Counted from the first letter of the stretch, positions 28,217 to 39,146 are shown. The stretch is 64,000 nt of DNA from Patescibacteria group bacterium (GCA_018970425.1 JAGWWK010000001.1:49004-113003), one strand, 5' to 3'. Numbers and translations are program-made. The notes: generated by a model from the sequence alone, not told the origin.

Positions 28217-30733
28217 TCATGCGGCGTACTCCTTGAGAAAACTGACCAGCTCCGGGCCATGATTTTTTCTCCAGGCAACGTGCATACGCACGGTCTCGAG
28301 GCATTGTGCTGCAGCCATTTTTGCGCCAGGAGCTTTGTGGGCAGATAGGAACTCTTTCACTTTTCGAGCGTCTTCAGTCGTGTTAAGCACATCAAGCGTA
28401 TGAATAAAGCGCGGCAGGTCATGCCCGCTTGTCCCGTATCGGTCAATAATGGTGGGCCAATGCTTCTCTAACACACCGAGCGCCTCGCGCGCCGCATGCA
28501 GGGTCCGTGATGCTCCGGCAAAAGCGACGCGTGTATCCTGTACGCGGACGGCCGTACTGAGCGCAAACTCAAGTACGCGAGCTGTGCCATGCGGCAAGCT
28601 ACTCAGCGCCGCGAGAATGCGATTTTTTTCCTCATGAAGCTCTACTTCCTTGTGGCGCGCCATCAGCGTTTCAAGACCGCCGGGTTCGCGACCAACCGCC
28701 GCGTACACTGCAAGTCGAAGATCAGGTGGCACGGTTTCGACATGTGGATAGAGAGACTGGAGGTCACTCGTGACTGTCGCGTCTCGGGCGTCCTGTAGCG
28801 CGAACGCGACCAATCCTCGTGTCAGTACATCTGTATACGATTCACCCTTCCGTGCGTGAAGCCCGACCCGTGCCAGTTGTGGGCCGAGCGTGTCTCGCAT
28901 GAATGCGTCGATGAGGCCCTCTTCGCGTTCAGCTTCTACAAATGGCTTGAGTTTTCTCACCGCAACGACGAACGTCCGGAGCACAGAAAAGTCTGTGTCA
29001 GCACGGATAAACGATGACAGTTGGAGTGCGTGAGCTATAGGGACGCGACCAGAAGCCGCAAGAGCAAATGCATCATCTACAAGACGCACGCGCTCGGCGG
29101 GAGTCAGAGTGCCCGCTCCTGCTGCAGCAGAAAGTTCGCTCATCAACCCCTCGTCGTAAGCTACTCGAAAGAATCCCGAGGCATCTGCGTTTAGATTTAT
29201 CACGCCTTTCTTGAGGGAGAGCGTGTCCGTACGTGCGCTCATAAGGTGCTCGCGAGCGTTCGTACCTCGCGTCGTGAGCGGTACGACCCACGGTCGCTCG
29301 TTCACTCGCTCGCCTGATGCGAGGAAACGCTCCTGGGAGAGACGGAGGTCGCCACGATGGCGCTCTGCAGTTATGACCGGATACCCTCCGCGCAGCGTGA
29401 AGTGGCGCATAAGCGTCGCAACGGGCTTACCACTCGAGGCGCTTAGGGCGGCCCACAAATCTTTAGTTTTCGCATTTCCGTACGCATGTGCTTTGAGGTA
29501 CGCGGTCAGCCCCCTGCGGAAGTCGCGCTCACCGAGATACGCAGTGAGCATGCGTATGACCGACGCGCCTTTTGCATAACTTACGGCATCGAAGATTTCA
29601 TTAATTTCAGACGGGTGCGCTACCTCTACCTGGATTGGATGGGTGGACTGAAGTGCATCAAGACGGAGCGCTTCTCCGGCATCGACTTCCACAAACTGCG
29701 TCCACATCTCCCACTCAGGGAATAGGTGGTTAAGTGCGACGTACTCGATATAGTTTGCAAATCCCTCATTCAGCCACAGGTCAGTCCACCACTCCATAGT
29801 CACTAGATTTCCAAACCATTGGTGCGCTAACTCGTGCGCAATCACGAGCGCGACGCGCTGCTTATTCTGGAGCGATGAATGCTGCGGGTCATAGAGAAGC
29901 GCTGTCTCTCTATAGGTGATTGCACCCCAGTTTTCCATTGCTCCTGCGGCAAAGTCCGGGATCGCTATATGGTCAACCTTTGTGAGCGGATAGGGGATGC
30001 GAAAATACTCCTCATAAAAATCAAGGCAACGCACCGCGGTGTCGAGCGCGAACGCGGCTTGCTGCTTCTTGCCTATGGGGGTGTACACGCGAGTGACTAC
30101 GCCGCGCTTTGAACGCCCTTCAAGATACTCAAGTTCTCCCACAACACAAGCGACGAGGTACGTAGACATCCGTGGAGTCGGCGCGAACGTTACAGTACGC
30201 GTACCCTCCGACACAGTTGACGACACTTCTTGCGTGTTAGAAATCGCGGAAAGGGATGCATCGACGACGAGCGTTATCTCGAACACTGCTTTCTTGTCCG
30301 GCTCGTCAAAGCAGGGAAACACCTGGCGCGCGAATGTTGACTCAAACTGAGTGACCGCGAGTACCTTCTCGACGCCATCTACGCGGTAGGTACTGCGGTA
30401 CAGTCCGCGCATCTTTTCCTGAATTGGCCCGGAAAAGACTATCTGAAGAGTGCCAGACCCCTTCGGCAGTGCCCGTGGGAAGGTGAGTGTCACCGTTTCT
30501 GACTTAGGGGAGAAGCGATGCGTACCCGCAAGCTCACCCACGGCACTGCGAACGCTCACACGGTCAATAGTGAGTCCCGAGGCATGCAGGACGAGTGTTT
30601 TAGATGCTTTAGTAAGTCGGTACGCAATGCGCACTGAGCCGCGAAAGGTATACGAGCGAAGGTCCGGCTCGAGCGTGAGCTCGTACCGTTCAGGAATACA
30701 GGTATTTGTAAGTCGAACAGAGTGTAAAGGCAT
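28217..30733 (-). CDS. pepN: Aminopeptidase N (M1 family)
   Basis: GAMEN motif and HELAHQWFGNLVTMEWWTDLWLNEGFA. Start set at the ATG at 30733; the ORF-track start at 30772 is a TTG. Confidence 0.9.
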   Translation of the reverse strand: MPLHSVRLTNTCIPERYELTLEPDLRSYTFRGSVRIAYRLTKASKTLVLHASGLTIDRVSVRSAVGELAGTHRFSPKSETVTLTFPRALPKGSGTLQIVFSGPIQEKMRGLYRSTYRVDGVEKVLAVTQFESTFARQVFPCFDEPDKKAVFEITLVVDASLSAISNTQEVSSTVSEGTRTVTFAPTPRMSTYLVACVVGELEYLEGRSKRGVVTRVYTPIGKKQQAAFALDTAVRCLDFYEEYFRIPYPLTKVDHIAIPDFAAGAMENWGAITYRETALLYDPQHSSLQNKQRVALVIAHELAHQWFGNLVTMEWWTDLWLNEGFANYIEYVALNHLFPEWEMWTQFVEVDAGEALRLDALQSTHPIQVEVAHPSEINEIFDAVSYAKGASVIRMLTAYLGERDFRRGLTAYLKAHAYGNAKTKDLWAALSASSGKPVATLMRHFTLRGGYPVITAERHRGDLRLSQERFLASGERVNERPWVVPLTTRGTNAREHLMSARTDTLSLKKGVINLNADASGFFRVAYDEGLMSELSAAAGAGTLTPAERVRLVDDAFALAASGRVPIAHALQLSSFIRADTDFSVLRTFVVAVRKLKPFVEAEREEGLIDAFMRDTLGPQLARVGLHARKGESYTDVLTRGLVAFALQDARDATVTSDLQSLYPHVETVPPDLRLAVYAAVGREPGGLETLMARHKEVELHEEKNRILAALSSLPHGTARVLEFALSTAVRVQDTRVAFAGASRTLHAAREALGVLEKHWPTIIDRYGTSGHDLPRFIHTLDVLNTTEDARKVKEFLSAHKAPGAKMAAAQCLETVRMHVAWRKNHGPELVSFLKEYAA

Positions 30734-30751
30734 ATACCAGTAAGCATACGG

Positions 30752-30757
30752 TATACT
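30752..30757 (+). promoter_or_regulatory. -10 box TATACT 6 nt upstream of the scpA ATG
   Basis: TATACT-tcgccc-ATG. Confidence 0.4.
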
Positions 30758-30763
30758 TCGCCC

Positions 30764-31486
30764 ATGAACCAAGGGTTTCTCGCAAAAACTGGCTCATTTG
30801 AGGGACCACTCGACCTACTTCTTTCACTCGTCGAGGAGCGCAAAATGCTCATTTCTGATGTATCACTCCGCGAGGTTGCGGACGACTTTATAGCATTTAT
30901 CTCGAGGCAAGATGCATACCCGGCGGAAGCGGCGGCACATTTTTTAGTTGTTGCCGCGACACTCTTACTTATTAAGTCGAAAGCGCTCCTCCCTGTACTC
31001 GAGCTCACTGACGAGGAGCAGGGAGACATTAAAGACCTCGAGCGGCGGCTTGCGATTCTCGCGGGCATTCGTGACGCTGCGCGAGGGCTGAGCTCGAGGG
31101 CGCGCTCTTATGTGGCTCCAGGACTTGTTATACGATCACCCTTGTTTATTCCCTCTGCGGACCTCAGCGTGGCTGCGCTCGTAGCGCACGCCGATGCAGT
31201 AGTTGCCGCGTTTCCGAAACCTGCCTCGCGGCCACTGGTCGCCGTTACTCCCGTGATGTCCCTCGATGAGATGATTCAGTCGATTTCGGCGCGGATTGAG
31301 CGCGCGATCAGGCTCTCATTTTCTGATGTAACAAGAGGAGCGCAGTCAGCGAAGGAGGTGGTAGTGAGCTTTCTCGCGCTCCTAGAGCTTGTTAAGCAGG
31401 GGAGGGCTCGTGCTGAACAAGGTGCGCATTTTGATGAAATTACGATAGAATATGCGGGTGACCTCAACGCTCCACGCTATGACTAA
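30764..31486 (+). CDS. scpA: Segregation and condensation protein A
   Basis: FEGPLDLLLSLVEERKMLISDVSL. Confidence 0.9.
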   Translation: MNQGFLAKTGSFEGPLDLLLSLVEERKMLISDVSLREVADDFIAFISRQDAYPAEAAAHFLVVAATLLLIKSKALLPVLELTDEEQGDIKDLERRLAILAGIRDAARGLSSRARSYVAPGLVIRSPLFIPSADLSVAALVAHADAVVAAFPKPASRPLVAVTPVMSLDEMIQSISARIERAIRLSFSDVTRGAQSAKEVVVSFLALLELVKQGRARAEQGAHFDEITIEYAGDLNAPRYD

Positions 31487-32015
31487 TGTACCCGTTTCAG
31501 TAGCTCTCGAAGCGATCCTTCTCTTCCGAGGTGGGGTAATGGATATCAAGGAACTCGCGAACGCGCTTGACCTCACCCCTGAGGACATTGAAGCGCATCT
31601 TACTGAACTAGGCGTATCTCTCACCGGTCGCGGCAGTGCGCTCATCAGGGAAGGACCACGAGTACTTCTCGGAACTGCTCCAGAGGCTCAGGAAGCTATC
31701 GACGCGCTACGAACGGCAGACCTTGAGGGACCCCTCGGAAAAGCCGGTCTCGAGACTCTTGCTATCGTACTGTACCTTGGACCGGTCTCGCGGTCGGACA
31801 TAGAGTATATTCGCGGTGTTCAGTCGTCATCTACTGTGCGGACACTTCTTATGCGCGGGCTTATAGAGCGCAATGAATCCGGCGGCAAAACTCGGTACCG
31901 TATAACGCCTGATGCTCTCGCGTATCTGGGCGCGCGCTCACTCAGCGACATTCCCGAATTTGCGAAGACGCAGGACTCACTTCGCGCTCTTATGCCACAA
32001 GAATCTGCCTCATGA
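31479..32015 (+). CDS. scpB: Segregation and condensation protein B
   Basis: LEAILLFRGGVMDIKELA, two winged helices. Overlaps the end of scpA. Confidence 0.85.
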   Translation: MTNVPVSVALEAILLFRGGVMDIKELANALDLTPEDIEAHLTELGVSLTGRGSALIREGPRVLLGTAPEAQEAIDALRTADLEGPLGKAGLETLAIVLYLGPVSRSDIEYIRGVQSSSTVRTLLMRGLIERNESGGKTRYRITPDALAYLGARSLSDIPEFAKTQDSLRALMPQESAS

Positions 32016-32914
32016 TATCGAAGAACGCCGGTGCATTGATTGTTGGTGCCGTAATCGGAACAGCAGGTCTTCTGCTTACGCTGCCAGAACCGAGCACGTA
32101 CGCTATGACACGTTCGCCTCAGTGTGCGGAAGCTCTGCAATCGCCGGAACTTCGTGCTCGAGCCGCGTATGTTGAGGATTTAACCACGGGCGCGGTACTG
32201 TACAAGCTGAATGATGAAACCCAGCTTCCTATCGCATCGCTCACTAAACTCCTCACGGTTCTCACTGCGCTACCATTGGTGCCGCAGTCAGTACCTATTG
32301 ATGCGCGAGCCCTTGCTGAGGACGGTGAGGACGGGCTGCGGGCAGGGGACCAATGGGTCGCAGTAGACCTGGCGCGTTTTGTACTCATTGAATCATCAAA
32401 CGACGGCGCAGCCGCGCTCGCGTTTGCGGCGGAACAGAATGGAAACGGTAAGGGAGCGTTTATCGCTGCGATGAACCGGCGCGCGCAGGCGCTCGAACTT
32501 CCGCAGACATTTGTGCTCAATGAAACCGGCCTCGACATGTCGAAAAGTATGGCAGGGGCGTATGGTTCCGCGCGTGACATGGCACACCTGATCGCTGCGG
32601 CAGTGCGGCTCGCGCCCGACGTGACTCAACGGTCTACCACTCGTGTCTGGGACGTGACCAGTGCAAGCGGTCGCGTGTATGCTGCACGCAATACCACGCC
32701 GCTCCCAAGCCAACTTTCCGGCGCTATCGCTTCTAAAACAGGCTATACGGACCTCGCAGGGGGCAATCTTGCGCTTGTGGTAGAGGTTTTACCAGGTCGC
32801 CCGGTGGCACTTGCGGTCCTCGGCTCTACGCGAGCAGGTCGCGAGACTGATGCACAGGCACTGATCGAGTACGCTACATTAGAACTTAAGCGGAGAGCCG
32901 CCTGCACACTATGA
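32012..32914 (+). CDS. dacA: D-alanyl-D-alanine carboxypeptidase (S11, PBP5/6-like)
   Basis: SLTK (SxxK), ESSND (SxN), KTGYT (KTG). Confidence 0.8.
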   Translation: MISKNAGALIVGAVIGTAGLLLTLPEPSTYAMTRSPQCAEALQSPELRARAAYVEDLTTGAVLYKLNDETQLPIASLTKLLTVLTALPLVPQSVPIDARALAEDGEDGLRAGDQWVAVDLARFVLIESSNDGAAALAFAAEQNGNGKGAFIAAMNRRAQALELPQTFVLNETGLDMSKSMAGAYGSARDMAHLIAAAVRLAPDVTQRSTTRVWDVTSASGRVYAARNTTPLPSQLSGAIASKTGYTDLAGGNLALVVEVLPGRPVALAVLGSTRAGRETDAQALIEYATLELKRRAACTL

Positions 32915-33972
32915 TTGACGTAATACGCATCTTACTCCCTGCGGTTGTCGCGTTCATCGTGGGCATTGCGCTCTCACCCGTGGTGACGCACTACCTCTAC
33001 AAGTACAAGGCATGGAAAAAGCATGGCGGAAAACGTGCACTCGATGGGACAGAGGCAACCGAATTTGCGCGACTGCATAAAGCTACTGAGACCAAAACAC
33101 CCCGAATGGGTGGGATTGTTATCTGGGGCTCGCTTGCGCTGACAGCGGCGGCGTTTTGGCTCGTGTCTATGCTTGCACCCAGTACAACAACCGAAAGTCT
33201 CAACTTCATCAATAGGAATCAGACTTGGATTCCACTCATGACACTTTTGGTAGGTGCCTTTGTTGGTCTCGTAAATGACATACTTGATGTTGTAGACAAA
33301 CCTCAGCCGCTTGGCCTGCCGCTCTCGGTACGACTCGCGATTATCACACTGCTCTCTCTTGGTATCGGCTGGTGGTTTTACACTAAGCTTGGCATCACCT
33401 CGATTGGTATTCCGTTTTTAGAGCCACTCCACCTCGGAGTATTCATAGTACCGCTCTTCATCGGCACCACACTCTTTGTATACGCTTCTGGCGTCATTGA
33501 TGGCATTGACGGGCTGTCAGGCGGTGTCTTTGCCTCGATATTTAGCGGATATGCATTCATTGCGTTTGCAAATGGCCAGTACGATCTCGCGGCATTCTGC
33601 GCCGCACTTGTTGGTGCACTACTCGCGTTTCTATGGTTTAACGTGCCTCCCGCTCGGTACTGGATGACTGAAACTGGCACGATGTCTCTCACACTGACTC
33701 TTGCCGCGATCGCGTTTCTTACTGATCTGAAGGGTGAGGGGAACGGGATCGCGGTACTCCCGGTCATTGGATTTCTCCTGGTAGCGACAGTGGCGTCAAA
33801 TGTGCTCCAGATCGGATGGAAACGTTTCTTTAAGCGAAAGCTCTTTCGCATCGCACCTCTCCACCACCACTTCGAGGCAATCGGCTGGTCGCAGCCAAAG
33901 GTGACGATGCGGTACTGGATCCTTTCTCTCATTTTGTGCATTTCCGGCGTCACACTCGCGCTCCTCGGTTAA
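32911..33972 (+). CDS. mraY: Phospho-N-acetylmuramoyl-pentapeptide transferase
   Basis: TPRMGGIVIW...APLHHHFE. Confidence 0.9.
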   Translation: MIDVIRILLPAVVAFIVGIALSPVVTHYLYKYKAWKKHGGKRALDGTEATEFARLHKATETKTPRMGGIVIWGSLALTAAAFWLVSMLAPSTTTESLNFINRNQTWIPLMTLLVGAFVGLVNDILDVVDKPQPLGLPLSVRLAIITLLSLGIGWWFYTKLGITSIGIPFLEPLHLGVFIVPLFIGTTLFVYASGVIDGIDGLSGGVFASIFSGYAFIAFANGQYDLAAFCAALVGALLAFLWFNVPPARYWMTETGTMSLTLTLAAIAFLTDLKGEGNGIAVLPVIGFLLVATVASNVLQIGWKRFFKRKLFRIAPLHHHFEAIGWSQPKVTMRYWILSLILCISGVTLALLG

Positions 33973-33973
33973 C

Positions 33974-35068
33974 ATGCGCGCCTCGATAGACAGAACACTT
34001 GTCGCGCTCATTGCAGTTATAGCCACTCTGGGTGTCATCGTCTTTTTTTCCGCTGCGCTCCCGCTTCTTGTTGAAGGTCCGCGAGCGTTCACCTCTGCGC
34101 TCATTTCACAGCTTGGCCTCGGACTGGTCGGCGGAAGCGTTGCCGCATATATGCTTGTTCGAGTTCCTCTGAGCGTGTACCGTACCTACGCCCCGCACAT
34201 TTTTGTAGCAGGAATTGTTCTAACCGCATTGGTATTTGCCCCGTACATTGGCGTATCCGCGAACGGGGCATCGCGCTGGATTGATCTCGGGTTCACCACA
34301 TTTCAGCCATCCGAGTTTTTAAAAATTGGCTACATTCTACTTGTCGCCGCGATCCTCGCTCGCGGGAAAGAACTCGGAGCAGATTATAGGCGGGGTGTTA
34401 TACCGGTTGCCGCAGTATCTATACTTGTTGCAGTCCTCTTACTCCTCCAGCCGGACACTGACACCCTTGTTCTCATGCTTGCGGCGAGCGGGGCGATGCT
34501 CTTCGCGTCTGGACTATCATATCGCGACATAGGGATCGGCATTGCGATCGTGGTCCTTGGAGTGGCGATCCTCGCCTCTCAACGCCCATACTTGCTCGAT
34601 CGATTTACCACCTACTGGAATCCATCTAATGACCCCCAGGGCGCCGGGTACCACGTTATCCAGTCCACGCTCGCTGTCGGGGCAGGTGAAGCGTTTGGGC
34701 GAGGATACGGCTTAAGCGTACAAAAGTTTACACACCTTCCCGAGGCAAGTTCCGATGCTATCTTCGCGGTCTACGCAGAAGAGTTCGGTTTTATTGGCTC
34801 GATTCTCCTTGTCGCGCTCATGAGCGGATTTATACTCCGCGGGTTATGGCTTGCGGCGCGAGCGCAAGAACTGTTTGGCGCTCTCACGGCGCTTGGCATT
34901 GTCACGCTCCTCGGGAGTCAAATGCTCCTCAACATAGCAGCAATGATAGGTCTCGTGCCGGTAGGAGGATTTCCGCTTCCGTTTGTCTCGCAGGGCGGTT
35001 CTGCCTTGTTTATGACTCTCGCGCTCTCAGGCATTCTTCTCGCTGTATCCAAAACCGTGCGGCGATAA
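33974..35068 (+). CDS. ftsW: SEDS-family peptidoglycan glycosyltransferase FtsW
   Basis: RWIDLGFTTFQPSEFLKIGYIL. Sits between mraY and murG. Confidence 0.85.
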   Translation: MRASIDRTLVALIAVIATLGVIVFFSAALPLLVEGPRAFTSALISQLGLGLVGGSVAAYMLVRVPLSVYRTYAPHIFVAGIVLTALVFAPYIGVSANGASRWIDLGFTTFQPSEFLKIGYILLVAAILARGKELGADYRRGVIPVAAVSILVAVLLLLQPDTDTLVLMLAASGAMLFASGLSYRDIGIGIAIVVLGVAILASQRPYLLDRFTTYWNPSNDPQGAGYHVIQSTLAVGAGEAFGRGYGLSVQKFTHLPEASSDAIFAVYAEEFGFIGSILLVALMSGFILRGLWLAARAQELFGALTALGIVTLLGSQMLLNIAAMIGLVPVGGFPLPFVSQGGSALFMTLALSGILLAVSKTVRR

Positions 35069-35077
35069 GCTTTTTGC

Positions 35078-35083
35078 TATACT
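35078..35083 (+). promoter_or_regulatory. -10 box TATACT 6 nt upstream of the murG ATG
   Basis: TATACT-acgggt-ATG. Confidence 0.4.
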
Positions 35084-35089
35084 ACGGGT

Positions 35090-36229
35090 ATGAAGATTGT
35101 CTTAACCGGGGGTGGTACAGGAGGACACTTCTATCCCATGCTCGCAGTCGCCGAGGCAATCCGCGACCTTGTTGCAGAGCGTAAGCTCCTCGAGCCGGAG
35201 CTCTATTTCTTCGGTCCAAATGTTCTTGATGAGCGTGCGCTGTTTGATCTCGACATTTCCTTCGTCAACACTCCCGCTGGAAAGGTACGCCGATACGCGT
35301 CGATACTCAATGTAACTGACGCACTTCAGACCGGCGTGGGTATTGTTTCCACCCTCATTCGCCTGTATCAACTCTACCCGGACGTAGTTTTTTCAAAGGG
35401 AGGATATGGTGCCGGCCCCACACTGATCGCGGCGCGGATCCTCGGTATACCGGTGGTCATACACGACTCTGACGCGGTTCCCGGACGCGCGACTCTGTTT
35501 GCCGCTCCGTTCGCGAGGCGCATTGCGCTCAGCTTTGACGGCGCGGCGGAACAGCTTCCTGTCCCTCTTCGCGGAAAGGTTGCGGTGACCGGTAACCCTA
35601 TCCGACGCGAACTACGCACACCGGCTCGCGAAGGAGCAAAGGAGTTTCTTGAGCTTACTGATCACGTGCCGACGCTTCTCATTCTTGGAGGTTCGCAGGG
35701 AGCGCAAGCTCTCAATAACGCAATCCTCGAGGCACTGCCGGAATTAGTCCAGCACTACAATGTCGTGCATCAAACCGGGGAGGGGAACCATGCTTCAGTC
35801 TTACAAACAGCGCAGGTAGTGCTCGATAAAAACGAGCGCCGATACCGCTACAAGGCGTTTCCATTTCTTTCGCCGCTTGCGCTTAAGATGGCTGCGGGTG
35901 CTGCTGATCTGGTCATCAGTCGCGCGGGGTCCGGAAGTATTTTTGAAATCGCTTCATGGAAGGCCGCATCTATTCTAGTTCCTCTACCGGGCTCCGCGCA
36001 GGACCACCAGCGCGCAAACGCATACGCGTACGCTCGAGCTGGAGCTTGTACCGTACTTGAGCAGGCAAATCTGACGCCGCACATTCTTGTAGCGGAAATA
36101 GAGCGGCTATTTACGAACCCTAAGGCGCGGTCTGATATGGGTGAGGCTGCGAGTCGCTTTGCGCGCCCAGACGCCTCTCGAGCGATCGCGGAAGCAGTCC
36201 TTGATGTTGCGCTCGAGCACGCCGCATAG
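35090..36229 (+). CDS. murG: UDP-GlcNAc:lipid I N-acetylglucosaminyltransferase MurG
   Basis: LTGGGTGGHFYPMLAV. Confidence 0.9.
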   Translation: MKIVLTGGGTGGHFYPMLAVAEAIRDLVAERKLLEPELYFFGPNVLDERALFDLDISFVNTPAGKVRRYASILNVTDALQTGVGIVSTLIRLYQLYPDVVFSKGGYGAGPTLIAARILGIPVVIHDSDAVPGRATLFAAPFARRIALSFDGAAEQLPVPLRGKVAVTGNPIRRELRTPAREGAKEFLELTDHVPTLLILGGSQGAQALNNAILEALPELVQHYNVVHQTGEGNHASVLQTAQVVLDKNERRYRYKAFPFLSPLALKMAAGAADLVISRAGSGSIFEIASWKAASILVPLPGSAQDHQRANAYAYARAGACTVLEQANLTPHILVAEIERLFTNPKARSDMGEAASRFARPDASRAIAEAVLDVALEHAA

Positions 36230-36256
36230 CCGATTGTTGCTCCTTTTCTCCCTTGC

Positions 36257-36262
36257 TATAGT
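36257..36262 (+). promoter_or_regulatory. -10 box TATAGT 6 nt upstream of the gltX ATG
   Basis: TATAGT-ggacct-ATG. Confidence 0.4.
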
Positions 36263-36268
36263 GGACCT

Positions 36269-37612
36269 ATGACCCCCGTCGTTACGCGTATAGCACCGAG
36301 CCCTACAGGGTTTCTCCACTTTGGTCTTGCGCGAACGGCTCTTTTTTCTTACCTGTTTGCCCGCAAGCACGGCGGGCGCTACATTCTGAGAATTGAAGAC
36401 ACCGACGTCGACCGAAGTAAGTCTGAATACCGCGAGGACATTGAGGCGCAGCTCACCTGGCTCGGTCTTGTGCCCGACGAGCGCTTTGTTCAGTCCGAGA
36501 ACCGGGAGCGACACACCGAATGCCTGAAAGCGCTACTCGCCTCGGGTCGTGCTTACGAAAGTGAGGAGCCTGCAAAAGACGATCCGAGCCGCACAGTTCG
36601 GGTTATTAGACTGAAAAATCCAGGCGAAACCGTAACATTCATAGACCTCATTCGGGGTGAAATTACCTTTGATACGACTGAGCTCGGTGATTTTGTCATC
36701 GCACGCTCAGTGACGGACCCTCTGTACCATCTCGCTGTTGTTGTCGATGATTTTGACGAAGGGGTGACGCATATTATTCGAGGCGACGACCATATTTCAA
36801 ACACTCCACGACACGTTCTGATTCAGCGCAGCCTCGGGTTTACGACACCGGCGTACGCGCACCTACCGCTCATTCTGATGCCTGATCGCACCAAGATGTC
36901 GAAGCGTAAGCATGAGACGGCTGTAAAGTCTTTCCGAGAGCGTGGATTTTTGCCCGGCGCGTTACTCAACTACCTTGCACTACTCGGCTGGAACCCGGGG
37001 ACACCGCAGGAATTCTTTTCTCTTCCTGAGCTGATTGAATCCTTCTCACTCGAGAAGTTGCATACCAGTGGAGCCGTGTTTGATGAGACAAAGCTCCTCT
37101 GGTTTAACCGCGAGTACATGCGGCAAATGTCTCCTGAGGCGTTCTGGGAGCACGCAGAGGAGTACCTGTCAGAGGAAACAGTTGCAATGCTCGACACTAC
37201 AAATATGTGGCGCGATGTCGTACCGCTTATGCGTGAACGCGCATCAACCTTCGGTGAAATTCGCGCAGCCGACGCGGCAGGGGAGTACCGATACTTCTAT
37301 ACTGCTCCAGTACTTGACCCTGCACTCCTTCCTTGGAAAGGCGCCGACCCGGCAGGCTGTGCCGCTCACCTTATGGCTGTGCTCGCGCTTCTTGAGGCGC
37401 ATATCGGGGATTGGACACACGACGCGATTAAAGCGATTCTCTGGGACTACGCAGATGAACACGGCAGGGGACAAGTGCTGTGGCCACTTCGCTACGCGCT
37501 CTCTGGCAAGGATAAGTCCCCTGACCCCTTCACTATCGCAGGTATTATAGGTAGAGATGAGACGCTTCGCCGCATTACTGGTGCTCTTGAGCTTGTGCGC
37601 GGTAAGCACTAG
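36269..37612 (+). CDS. gltX: Glutamyl-tRNA synthetase
   Basis: RIAPSPTGFLHFG and KMSKRK motifs. Confidence 0.9.
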   Translation: MTPVVTRIAPSPTGFLHFGLARTALFSYLFARKHGGRYILRIEDTDVDRSKSEYREDIEAQLTWLGLVPDERFVQSENRERHTECLKALLASGRAYESEEPAKDDPSRTVRVIRLKNPGETVTFIDLIRGEITFDTTELGDFVIARSVTDPLYHLAVVVDDFDEGVTHIIRGDDHISNTPRHVLIQRSLGFTTPAYAHLPLILMPDRTKMSKRKHETAVKSFRERGFLPGALLNYLALLGWNPGTPQEFFSLPELIESFSLEKLHTSGAVFDETKLLWFNREYMRQMSPEAFWEHAEEYLSEETVAMLDTTNMWRDVVPLMRERASTFGEIRAADAAGEYRYFYTAPVLDPALLPWKGADPAGCAAHLMAVLALLEAHIGDWTHDAIKAILWDYADEHGRGQVLWPLRYALSGKDKSPDPFTIAGIIGRDETLRRITGALELVRGKH

Positions 37613-38867
37613 CGCGTACGCGAACGAGGATATTCGCTCACGCATCGATGAGCAACAAAAAAAGATCCAAGCTCTCGAGCGTGAAATAGCACAGTACGAA
37701 GCGGCGCTCGCTGAAATAGGCAAAAGCAAGGCGACGCTTTCGAGCGAGGTTACGAGAATCGATACCTCGCGACGGAAGATAGCCGCGGACATTGCGCGAA
37801 CGCGTGAAACCATATCGGAGACATCACTCGAAATTGATCGTCTGACTTCGGAGATCGGTGATCGTACCACGCGAATTGCGCTTGGACGGCAAGGTATTGA
37901 ATCGACCCTCCGCGAGCTTGCCTATGCGCAAGACGCCACGCTCGTTGAACTCTATGCGTCTTCGGGCGGTCTCAGCGCATTCTGGGAGACAGTAGACTCC
38001 ATAGACGCGCTCCAGCGCGGCATTCGGGATGCCGCGACGACTCTCAAAAAAGAGCAGGAAGCCCTCGCTGAAGCGAGAAGCGGTGAATCTGCTCGAAAAG
38101 CGCGCCTCTCGTCTCTCGCTGAGGAGCTTTCAGGTCAAAAACAAGTTCTTGATGGTACGCGCAGTGAGCGGGCCGCTCTCCTTGCCTCAACGCGGCAAAG
38201 CGAAGCCGCTTTTGAGCGATTGCTAAAGGAAAAACAGGAGGCGCGACTCGCCTTTGAGCGAGAGCTCGAGTCATTTGAGGCACAGCTGAGCTACCAGGGA
38301 AATCTCAGCCTCCTGCCACCCGTCGGACGCGGAGTTTTGTCATGGCCCCTCGACCCCGCGTTTCTTGAACGCTGTGCCTCACGGTTTGCATCGCTTAAGA
38401 ATCGCTATTGTTTGACGCAGTACTTCGGTAATACTGAGTTTGCAAGAAGCGGTGCGTACCGCGGAGCCCCGCACAATGGCATAGACTTTGGTACACCAAC
38501 AGGCACTAAGGTGCTTGCCGCGGCAGCGGGCGAAGTTGTGGCCGTCGGTGACACAGACGCCTTCCGTGGTTGTTACAGCTACGGAAAGTGGATTTTGATA
38601 CGGCACCAGATCGGACTTACGACACTGTACGCACACCTCTCACACATTGGAGTACGCGCAGGCGATGTCGTCTCAAATAGCCAGTTCATTGGATACACCG
38701 GAAAAACCGGATACGCGACGGGACCGCACCTACATTTCACCGTGTTCGCTTCAGACGGCGTGCGAGTCGTCAGAATGGGCGAAATAAAAGAACGCACCAA
38801 GTGCGCTAATGCTACCGTTCCTGTAGCGCCGACTGGTGCATATCTCGACCCGATGACGTATCTCTAG
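37557..38867 (+). CDS. Coiled-coil M23 (LytM) murein endopeptidase, EnvC-like
   Basis: Signal peptide, long coiled coil, then C-terminal HNGIDFG...GPHLHF. Confidence 0.85.
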   Translation: MRRFAALLVLLSLCAVSTSAYANEDIRSRIDEQQKKIQALEREIAQYEAALAEIGKSKATLSSEVTRIDTSRRKIAADIARTRETISETSLEIDRLTSEIGDRTTRIALGRQGIESTLRELAYAQDATLVELYASSGGLSAFWETVDSIDALQRGIRDAATTLKKEQEALAEARSGESARKARLSSLAEELSGQKQVLDGTRSERAALLASTRQSEAAFERLLKEKQEARLAFERELESFEAQLSYQGNLSLLPPVGRGVLSWPLDPAFLERCASRFASLKNRYCLTQYFGNTEFARSGAYRGAPHNGIDFGTPTGTKVLAAAAGEVVAVGDTDAFRGCYSYGKWILIRHQIGLTTLYAHLSHIGVRAGDVVSNSQFIGYTGKTGYATGPHLHFTVFASDGVRVVRMGEIKERTKCANATVPVAPTGAYLDPMTYL

Positions 38868-38921
38868 ACTATACTTAGTGATAAAGGTCGAACATTAGAC
38901 GCATCTTTAAACGACTCACGC

Positions 38922-39125
38922 ATGAAATATTTACACTACGCAGCGCTTATCCTCGTCATTGTAGGAGGTCTTAATTGGGGCCTGTTCGCGTTCCAGTTGA
39001 ATCTGGTCAATATCCTCTTTGGAACTCTACCAGCCCTTGAGCAAGCGGTGTACCTCTTGGTAGCCCTTTCTGCTGTGTACCTTGCGTTCTCGCACTGGAA
39101 TGAGTGCAAGACGTGCTCCGTGTAA
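38922..39125 (+). CDS. DUF378-like small membrane protein
   Basis: ALILVIVGGLNWGLFAFQLNLV pattern. Confidence 0.6.
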   Translation: MKYLHYAALILVIVGGLNWGLFAFQLNLVNILFGTLPALEQAVYLLVALSAVYLAFSHWNECKTCSV

Positions 39126-39146
39126 AGCCGCACGAAGCCTGATTCA